Translations under genes and position numbers: made by a program
NCBI GenBank assembly: GCA_012960805.1
Contig: DUAO01000013.1
Span: 1 to 38,847, forward strand
DNA length: 38,847 bases
Origin: Flavobacteriales bacterium
GTDB taxonomy: Bacteria > Bacteroidota > Bacteroidia > Flavobacteriales > BACL11
Direction: 5' to 3'
Shown: positions 9,794 through 17,280 of the stretch, one piece after another
How positions within the stretch are numbered: the first letter of the stretch is position 1
Layout of the letters: every line of letters begins with the position of its first letter
The notes under the pieces: model-generated
Told to the model about the DNA's origin: nothing
Seen by the model: only the letters and a program-made list of their open reading frames with translations
Databases searched by the model: none

Positions 9794-10677
9794 TATTACT
9801 AGATAAGTGCCCAGTTTGCTTAAACAAAAATTTAGCAAACAAACTACACTGCACTGATTACACTACTTCAAAAGAAAAATTCACAATTGTTTCATGTGAA
9901 ACATGCGATTTTACTTTTACCAATCCTAGGCCAAAAGACGAATCATTAGGAGATTACTATAAATCAGACATGTACATCTCTCATACAAATAGTAGTAAGG
10001 GTTTGTTTAATTGGATGTACCAAACTGTAAGAAAATACGCTATAAGAACAAAACTCACCCTACTTAAAAGTGTGACAAATTTTGGATGCCATTTAGATGT
10101 TGGATGTGGGACAGGAGAATTCTTAAATGCTTGTCAACAAACAGGATTTAGGGTAAAAGGAGTAGAGCCCTCTAAGTTAGCTAGAGAGCAGGCTGTAAAT
10201 AACTACAGTTTATCTGTAAGTGAGGATACAAATCTAGAACAATTTAAAGATAATAAATTTGATTCTATTAGCATGTGGCATGTACTGGAGCATGTGCCAA
10301 GCCTAATCAAAACAATTACTGAATTTAAACGAATTCTAAATAAAAACGGGAAGGTAATTATTGCAGTCCCAAATCATAAAAGCTGGGACGCAAGCTATTA
10401 TGGCGAATTTTGGGCAGCATGGGATGTGCCAATTCATTTGTGGCATTTCTCAAAAGAAACCATTGAATTATTATTCAATAAAAATGGATTTAAACTAATT
10501 AAAACAAAGCCTATGCTATTTGATTCTTTTTATGTTTCGTTATTAAGTGAAGAATTTAAAACAGGAAAGAAAAAATTTATTAATGGATTTATCATTGGTA
10601 TAATATCAAATATTATTGGTCTATTCACAAAAAGAGGATGTTCTGGCGCAATTTATGTGTTTGAAAAACAAAAATAA
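9790..10677 (+). CDS. Class I SAM-dependent methyltransferase with N-terminal zinc-ribbon-like CxxC...CxxC
   Basis: CPVC...CETC, LDVGCGTGEFL (motif I), WHVLEH and W...DVP.HLWHF; family commonly found just after mnmG in Bacteroidota. Confidence 0.9.
   Translation: MILLDKCPVCLNKNLANKLHCTDYTTSKEKFTIVSCETCDFTFTNPRPKDESLGDYYKSDMYISHTNSSKGLFNWMYQTVRKYAIRTKLTLLKSVTNFGCHLDVGCGTGEFLNACQQTGFRVKGVEPSKLAREQAVNNYSLSVSEDTNLEQFKDNKFDSISMWHVLEHVPSLIKTITEFKRILNKNGKVIIAVPNHKSWDASYYGEFWAAWDVPIHLWHFSKETIELLFNKNGFKLIKTKPMLFDSFYVSLLSEEFKTGKKKFINGFIIGIISNIIGLFTKRGCSGAIYVFEKQK
9888..9903. promoter_or_regulatory. parS-like centromere palindrome TGTTTCATGTGAAACA
   Basis: 15/16 match to the classic parS TGTTTCACGTGAAACA with perfect 7-bp arms, about 100 bp after mnmG. 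Confidence 0.7.
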
Positions 10678-10836
10678 GTACATTTTAGTTGATTTAAGCG
10701 CCTTTCTATTAAATTATGTCGTATATAGTACGGGGAAGATAAGCTGTCGTGTTAGAGATGATGTAAATTGCTATTTGTCAACTTCATCATTTTCAGTATA
10801 TTAGCAGTATTTACGGGCTAATTATCAATTTTTTAG

Positions 10837-10844
10837 TAATTTTG
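10837..10844 (+). promoter_or_regulatory. -7 box TAATTTTG for the FN3 protein gene
   Basis: Exact TAnnTTTG match, 16 nt before the ATG at 10861. Confidence 0.55.
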
Positions 10845-10860
10845 TATTAATCTTAAATTT

Positions 10861-11874
10861 ATGAGAAAATATATTTTAATTATTGTATGTGTGCTTATAA
10901 ACACTAATCTATTAAGCCAATGTTTAAATGCTAATAGCTTATATGTAACAAATATTACGCATATAAATGCTCTGGGTAATTGGACTTCCGCTCCAGTCCC
11001 TGATCATTATTTAATTCATTATAGGATATTAGGAACAACAAATTGGAGTAATCTTGGAAACATAGACTCTGCAATGGTAAGCAGGAATATTCCGCAATTA
11101 CAACCATTAACAACTTATGAATGGCAAATAAAAACATTTTGTGATACTTCAAATCAACCAAATTCAGGCTGGTCACTTTCTGACACCTTTACAACTATAG
11201 CTTTTGTTGCGGCACCCTTCAATCCAATCATAACAAACACTATTTACAACAACATTTGTAACGTCAAAACCAGCCTTACACTAAACGCTAGTCAAGCGCA
11301 AAACGAACCTGACATAGGGACGTCAACCATTACTTCAGATGGGGGGCATTTTGATATTCAGTCGGTAGTAATGGGGGATTCGGTTGGTTACGCCATAATG
11401 AATACTAGTACTCAAACTATATTAAGTACATTGAAGGTGGGGATTATTGCTGGGCAGAACTATGCTATAATCAACTCATACGATAGCTTAGGAGCTTTCA
11501 TTGGCTTTTTTGCAATAGAAAATGTAAATGGCGGAATAAAAGTAAGCTCAACCTCTCCGAATGATGGGAATAATTATACTAGTGGATTTACTAGTGAAAT
11601 CTATTTTAGCAACCTATTTGTAACCCCCAACATTAATGGCCCTTTACATTTTTATACTGATATTCAATCAGAATTAGTTCCGCCTGATCAGTTTAATGAC
11701 ACAACCACAATTATGATTACCTGCACAAATTCTATGGCTGAAGAAATGCTACAGGGAACAAGCAATTATAAAATTTATGATTTATTTGGGAGGCCTGCTG
11801 TTTTCAAAAAAAATACAGTACTTATCTATAAATACTCAAATGGCAAAACCAAAAAAATTATTATCATAAAATAA
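10861..11874 (+). CDS. Secreted fibronectin type III domain protein with short T9SS-like C-terminal tail
   Basis: Signal peptide ending LLS-Q; FN3 pattern (W...Y.IHYR..G...W...LQPLTTYEWQIKTFC); tail IYDLFGR...IYKYSNGKTKKIIIIK. Confidence 0.75.
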   Translation: MRKYILIIVCVLINTNLLSQCLNANSLYVTNITHINALGNWTSAPVPDHYLIHYRILGTTNWSNLGNIDSAMVSRNIPQLQPLTTYEWQIKTFCDTSNQPNSGWSLSDTFTTIAFVAAPFNPIITNTIYNNICNVKTSLTLNASQAQNEPDIGTSTITSDGGHFDIQSVVMGDSVGYAIMNTSTQTILSTLKVGIIAGQNYAIINSYDSLGAFIGFFAIENVNGGIKVSSTSPNDGNNYTSGFTSEIYFSNLFVTPNINGPLHFYTDIQSELVPPDQFNDTTTIMITCTNSMAEEMLQGTSNYKIYDLFGRPAVFKKNTVLIYKYSNGKTKKIIIIK

Positions 11875-11877
11875 GTG

Positions 11878-11951
11878 TGACCTAGGAGGGATTCGAACCC
11901 CCAACCGTCAGAGCCGAAATCTGATATTCTATCCAGTTGAACTACTAGGCC
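11878..11951 (-). tRNA. tRNA-Arg, anticodon UCG; CCA not encoded
   Basis: Cloverleaf GGCCTAG-TA-GTTC-AACTGGATA-GAAT-A-TCAGA-TTTCGGC-TCTGA-CGGTT-GGGGG-TTCGAAT-CCCTC-CTAGGTC-A. Anticodon TCG at 11917-11915; Arg identity element A20 present. Confidence 0.95.
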
Positions 11952-11958
11952 TAAAGCA

Positions 11959-11966
11959 CAAAAGTA
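11959..11966 (-). promoter_or_regulatory. -7 box TACTTTTG for tRNA-Arg
   Basis: Exact TAnnTTTG match, 7 nt upstream of the mature tRNA 5' end. Confidence 0.7.
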
Positions 11967-12044
11967 ATCTTTAAATTAAGTATTGCAATTTTTTTTCTAT
12001 TCAGAAGTTATCTGATTGTATTATGGTATTATTGCTCCAGCATT

Positions 12045-14252
12045 ATGAAAAAATTATTTTTATTATTATTTCCTTTATTTATTCAAGGGCAAGATGTGGG
12101 AATTGGAAATTGGAAAGATTACCAATCTTATAATTCAGCTTCTTATATAGCTGAAGCTGATAACAGAATTTATTGTGTAACATCTGGAGGATTATTTTAT
12201 CTTAATAAAGAGGATAATACGATAAATAGAATGTCAAAAGTAACAGGACTCTCTGATATTGGCGTAAAACAAGTCGCCTATTCTGAGGAGTTAAAGATTA
12301 CAATTATAACATATGAAAATTGTAATATAGATCTTATAAAAAACAATCAAATTGTAAATATTTCAGATATAAAAAGGAAAGAAATTATAGGATTAAAATT
12401 AATTAATAATATTACTTTAAGAGACGGGATCGCATACCTTTCATGCTCATTTGGATTGGTTTTAGTTGATTTAGAAAAGGAAGAAATCAAAGACACATAT
12501 CATGTTGGAAATGAAATTAGCATGTATGAAATAAATGGATGTGCATTCCTAGGAGATTCAATAATCACTGCAACATCTGAGGGTATGTTTTATGCTAATG
12601 CAAATTCTCAAACTTTATCTGACTACAATAATTGGTCAGCTCTTCCGGGTCACACAAATGAAGAAACATATGACAATGTTATAATTGCAAACAATTTCAT
12701 AACAGGAGATTATTTCTTTGAACTTATTAGTATAAGTTACAATTACAATACTTTAATTAGGACTAAATTTGACAGAATTGGTGTTAATGAAGATGATGGA
12801 ACTTATACAGAGTTAACTCATTCAAAATTCGAAAATATTAAATACGCTTGGATCGATAATGGAGCTATTATTTGGGTAGCAGATTCTATAAATGGGCTGT
12901 TAAAATTTATAAATTATGAGTATCAAGAAAGTTTTACCCCTGAGGGGCCTATTAGGAATGATGTTTATAGTTTAGAATTTGCTGAAAATAAATTATATCA
13001 ATGCCATGGAGGTCATGCCAACTTTGGTTTAAATGCACTGATTAATGATGGTGTGTCAATAAAAGATGAGTATGATGATTGGAAAAATTATGATTTCTAT
13101 AATCTTGGTAATGCAAGAGATATTCTAGAGGTTGCTGTTAGAAATGGGACAGAATATTACGCTTCATGGTACAATGGAATACCTGAAATGAAGGGTGGAG
13201 AATTAATTACAAAGCATGGTTATGCCAATACAAATGGAGTATTAGATACAGTATGGTATTCAAACAACAGGATAAGAATTTCTGACTTAAAATTTGATGA
13301 GGATGGGAATTTATGGGGGTTAAGCTCAGAAGTGAACCATCCTTTATTTGTTAAAACAAAAAATGGAGAATGGCATTCATTTACAATGTATCAAAGCCAA
13401 GTGGCTTTATTTTTTGATGATTTATTAATTGATAGTTATAATCAAAAATGGGGGATACTAGGTAGGAGTGCTGGAATATTTGTATACAACGATAACAATA
13501 CCATTGAAAACTCTGCAGATGACCAATACAAATTATTAAACACAAATGTAGGTAACGGGAATCTGCCGTCATTACAAACTTACTCAATTGCTGAAGATTT
13601 AGATGGTGAAATTTGGATAGGAACTGATAAAGGAATTGGTGTTTTTTATAATCCTTCTTCTGTATTTTCTGGTGGAAATTTTGACGCACAACAAATACTA
13701 ATACAAGAGGGGGATTACGGACAATATCTACTTAGTGAAGAGAAGGTGAAATGTATTACTATTGATGGGGCAAATAGAAAATGGATAGGGACTGAAAAAT
13801 CAGGTGTCTTTTTATTATCAGAAGAAGGGACAGAAGAAATCCTACACTTTACAACTGAAAATAGTCCTTTATTTTCAAACAATATTATCGATATTGCTAT
13901 TAATCCTGAAAATGGAGAGGTCTTTATTGGGACCGGGGTAGGACTTATTTCTTATCGTTCGGATGCAACAGAAGGTATAGCGACACAAGGAGAAACTCAT
14001 GTATTTCCCAACCCTGTTAGAGAATCGTATAACGGCCCTATTGCTATAAATGGATTAGTTACTGATGTAAATATAAAAATTACAGATATTGATGGTAATT
14101 TAGTTTTTGAGGACTTTGCCAAGGGGGGGCAGGCAATCTGGAATGGGGAAAACAAGAATGGAGAAAGAGCCTCTACTGGTGTTTATTTGGTGTTTAGCAC
14201 GGATATTAATGGGGTAGAAAAAACAGTAAGTAAAATACTATTTATTCACTAA
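12045..14252 (+). CDS. porZ: T9SS PorZ-like protein (beta-propellers plus type A CTD)
   Basis: IGNWK.Y.SY N-terminus, propeller repeats (IAEDLDGEIWIGTDKG, IDGANRKWIGT), CTD VFPNPVR...GGQAIWNG...TGVYLVF; immediately upstream of recO. Confidence 0.85.
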   Translation: MKKLFLLLFPLFIQGQDVGIGNWKDYQSYNSASYIAEADNRIYCVTSGGLFYLNKEDNTINRMSKVTGLSDIGVKQVAYSEELKITIITYENCNIDLIKNNQIVNISDIKRKEIIGLKLINNITLRDGIAYLSCSFGLVLVDLEKEEIKDTYHVGNEISMYEINGCAFLGDSIITATSEGMFYANANSQTLSDYNNWSALPGHTNEETYDNVIIANNFITGDYFFELISISYNYNTLIRTKFDRIGVNEDDGTYTELTHSKFENIKYAWIDNGAIIWVADSINGLLKFINYEYQESFTPEGPIRNDVYSLEFAENKLYQCHGGHANFGLNALINDGVSIKDEYDDWKNYDFYNLGNARDILEVAVRNGTEYYASWYNGIPEMKGGELITKHGYANTNGVLDTVWYSNNRIRISDLKFDEDGNLWGLSSEVNHPLFVKTKNGEWHSFTMYQSQVALFFDDLLIDSYNQKWGILGRSAGIFVYNDNNTIENSADDQYKLLNTNVGNGNLPSLQTYSIAEDLDGEIWIGTDKGIGVFYNPSSVFSGGNFDAQQILIQEGDYGQYLLSEEKVKCITIDGANRKWIGTEKSGVFLLSEEGTEEILHFTTENSPLFSNNIIDIAINPENGEVFIGTGVGLISYRSDATEGIATQGETHVFPNPVRESYNGPIAINGLVTDVNIKITDIDGNLVFEDFAKGGQAIWNGENKNGERASTGVYLVFSTDINGVEKTVSKILFIH

Positions 14253-14959
14253 TGAAGTACAGCAGTAGGGCAATAGCGCTCAGCTATATCAAGCATGGAG
14301 AAAGCTCCGTAATTGCTAAGATTTTTACAGAAGAAAAAGGGCTTCAAAGCTTCATTATAAAAGGAGTGAGGAATAAAAAATCCAAAAAAAAACTAGGTCT
14401 ATTTCAGGCGCTACAATTGTCAAACATAAACGCAACCTATCTCTCCAAAAAAAGCCTACAATACTTAACAGATATTAGTTTATTAAATTCTCAAACGCAA
14501 GAGGGAATAAATATGAAAAAGAATTTTCTTTCTCTATTTGTAGCAGAAGTAACCTCTAAAATATTACATGAAAATGAAGTAGATAAGCCTCTATTTCAAT
14601 TTCTATGGAATTTAAAAAATACTTTAGCTACATCCAATAAAATTGATCCTAATTTTCCTATAATATTTATGATTGACCTTTCAAAATACATGGGTTTTTA
14701 TCCATTAAACAAAAAAGAAAGCCGTGCTTATTTCAACTTAGAATTGGGAGAGTTTACAAACAATACTCAGCAACTTAATTATTATATTAATCAGAAAAAT
14801 TCGCATTATTTTAAAGCTTTGCTGAACAAACAAAAAATTACAATTCCATACTCCAACAGAAATCAATTACTCTTAGATTTAATTGATTATTACAAACTCC
14901 AACACCATGAGCTTAAAAATATGACTTCCCATTTAATTATTGAATCCTTAAGAGCGTGA
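14252..14959 (+). CDS. recO: DNA repair protein RecO
   Basis: AIAL..IKHGESSVI.KIFTEE.G.QSF OB-fold start, F.I.LS.Y.GFYP and R..LL..LIDYY..H. Confidence 0.88.
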   Translation: MKYSSRAIALSYIKHGESSVIAKIFTEEKGLQSFIIKGVRNKKSKKKLGLFQALQLSNINATYLSKKSLQYLTDISLLNSQTQEGINMKKNFLSLFVAEVTSKILHENEVDKPLFQFLWNLKNTLATSNKIDPNFPIIFMIDLSKYMGFYPLNKKESRAYFNLELGEFTNNTQQLNYYINQKNSHYFKALLNKQKITIPYSNRNQLLLDLIDYYKLQHHELKNMTSHLIIESLRA

Positions 14960-17271
14960 GGTATTTAATTTTCTTTTTTATCCTAACTGGGTTTCAGCTT
15001 AATGCACAAGAAATTCTTGTAATTGATGCTATTACTGGGCTTCCTGTTGAGGGGGTCAGCATTGTATCTAAACTTCACAAATCTGGTATAATAAGCAATA
15101 AGGAAGGGGCGTTAAACATAAGCTCCTTTAGTTCTGAAGACACCTTAAGTATTCAACATGTCTCCTACCAAACAATACAAGAAAGAAAAAGCTCAATAAA
15201 GAAAAAAACTATTCAACTATATCTAAAAACTAACGCATTAGAGAATGTAGAGATCCTTGATTCTAGAGTTCAGAGTTTTGAGAGTGTATTAACATATCTC
15301 AAGGCAACCTCCTTAACAATACGAAATACACAAAGCACGCAAACGGCTGATTTACTTGAAAAAACTATGGGGATTAGTATTCAAAATAGCCAAAATGGAG
15401 GAGGCAGCCCAAACCTAAGAGGGATGGAAGCAAATCGACTTCTAATAATAGTTGATGGTATACCATTAAACAATACAATTTTTAGAAGTGGTCATCTTCA
15501 AAACGCTTCAACAATTAACCCTTCCTTTCTTAAAAGTACTGAGGTATTATTTGGGCCAGCATCAGTAGCTTATGGCAATGGCGCAATGGGCGGGGCTATT
15601 CTGTTCAATACCAAGCCTCCAAAAAACAAAAATAGCATGGAGTTTATCCAGCAATATGAAAGTAGTTCCAATGCTGTGTTTACTTCTATTGTAGCAAATT
15701 ATACATTGCAAAATAGTGCTAATATTAGTGGTTTTTCTTTGAAGTCTTATGGAGATTTGAAAATGGGGAACAATAGAAAACATGGCTTTTCAAATTGGGG
15801 GAAAGAAACGATAATCACAAAAGATAATATCCAAAAAGAAACTGCTTATCAGCAAGCTGATTTTTTTCATAAAACTTTATTTAAGATAAATAAAAACAAT
15901 TTTTTACTCTTTAATTCCCAGTATTCAACCTCATCTAACATTAATAGATTTGATCAACTTAATAATATAAAAGAAGAAAAACAAGAATATAAATACTGGT
16001 ACTATGGCCCTCAAAAACGATTTTTCCAAAGCATTCGATCAAAAAATTATTTCAAAAGCCTATTGGCTGATGAGGCTGTATTTACCGTTGCTTATCAAAA
16101 CATTGAAGAATCCAGACACAAACAGAAAAATGGATATGATTTAATGAATAATAGGGCTGAATATTTACAGATTTTTGATTTTAAATCTGATTTTTTAAAA
16201 CAAAAGAATATAGTTAAGTTTAACTATGGTTTTGATTCAAGATTTCAAAAATTAAACTCCGAAGCAAACCTATCAAATGAAAAGAATCTCTTTTACAATA
16301 CTAGCCGCTATCCTGACGGGGGGACAGCTGTTTTAAATAATGCTATTTACTCACAAGTTAATCTTCAATGCACAAAAAATATAATGTTATTAGCTGGTAG
16401 TCGATACAGTATAAATTCACTAACCGCTTCATTTCAGGACACAATAACTATACATCTTCCGTTTAATGAAATTAGTGTGCAAAATAGATCTTTATCCAAT
16501 TCATTCCAACTGCTTTATAGACTCAATAATGGGTTGACATTTAATGGAGCTATTTCAAATGGGTTTCGAAATCCAAATACAGATGATATTGGTAAAGTTT
16601 TCTCCAAAAATGATATCTCGGTTATAGTGCCTAATAATCAATTATCTGCTGAAAAATCATTGAATATTGAACTGGGACTACAATTAAAAATAAAAAACTT
16701 AATTAACCTGCAGATACAAGTATTTCAAACACAAATAACTGATGCAATAGAAAGAAGAGAGGCTACATTAAGTGGGTTTGATTCTATTATCTATGATGGT
16801 GAAATGATGAAAGTAATGATGAACACAAATATTGGAAGCGCTACCATAAAAGGACTTAATTTTGCTTGTCAACTAAATATTAATGACCATTTTTCACATA
16901 ATACAATAATTAATATTATTGAGGGGCAAACCGCTAATAGTCTTCCGTTAGCACACATCCCTCCCACAAATATTATTAGCTCAATAAAATATAAGTATAA
17001 ACAGCAATCTATTGATTTAAGCACGCATTATAATGGACTAAAGAAAGTGGGAGATTATGATTTAGAAGGAGTTGACAATCTTGAAGAGGCAACAATAATT
17101 GGAAATCCTTCTTGGTGCACTATCAACCTTAAATACCAAACAACAATTGACGAAAATTTAATATTGATTGCCGGTATTCATAATATTATGGATGTTCATT
17201 ACAAGACTTTTGGATCAGGAATCAGTGCTGGTGGAAGGAATTTTTCATTAACTTTGCAATCTAAATTTTAA
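14956..17271 (+). CDS. TonB-dependent outer membrane receptor (substrate unknown)
   Basis: GTG start and signal peptide; plug SQ.GGGSP.LRGMEANR.LIIVDG..LNN, EVLFGPASVAYG.GA.GG; C-terminal GR.F.L.L..KF. Confidence 0.92.
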   Translation: MRYLIFFFILTGFQLNAQEILVIDAITGLPVEGVSIVSKLHKSGIISNKEGALNISSFSSEDTLSIQHVSYQTIQERKSSIKKKTIQLYLKTNALENVEILDSRVQSFESVLTYLKATSLTIRNTQSTQTADLLEKTMGISIQNSQNGGGSPNLRGMEANRLLIIVDGIPLNNTIFRSGHLQNASTINPSFLKSTEVLFGPASVAYGNGAMGGAILFNTKPPKNKNSMEFIQQYESSSNAVFTSIVANYTLQNSANISGFSLKSYGDLKMGNNRKHGFSNWGKETIITKDNIQKETAYQQADFFHKTLFKINKNNFLLFNSQYSTSSNINRFDQLNNIKEEKQEYKYWYYGPQKRFFQSIRSKNYFKSLLADEAVFTVAYQNIEESRHKQKNGYDLMNNRAEYLQIFDFKSDFLKQKNIVKFNYGFDSRFQKLNSEANLSNEKNLFYNTSRYPDGGTAVLNNAIYSQVNLQCTKNIMLLAGSRYSINSLTASFQDTITIHLPFNEISVQNRSLSNSFQLLYRLNNGLTFNGAISNGFRNPNTDDIGKVFSKNDISVIVPNNQLSAEKSLNIELGLQLKIKNLINLQIQVFQTQITDAIERREATLSGFDSIIYDGEMMKVMMNTNIGSATIKGLNFACQLNINDHFSHNTIINIIEGQTANSLPLAHIPPTNIISSIKYKYKQQSIDLSTHYNGLKKVGDYDLEGVDNLEEATIIGNPSWCTINLKYQTTIDENLILIAGIHNIMDVHYKTFGSGISAGGRNFSLTLQSKF

Positions 17272-17280
17272 ATCCTAATT

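Noticed and set aside
10616-10804. 62-aa ORF running into the gap after the methyltransferase
   Set aside because: TTG start buried in the upstream gene and no protein-like features; not supportable.
10678-11951. Possible tRNA-anchored genomic island
   Set aside because: No duplicated tRNA 3' end, integrase or transposase seen; only one accessory-looking gene.
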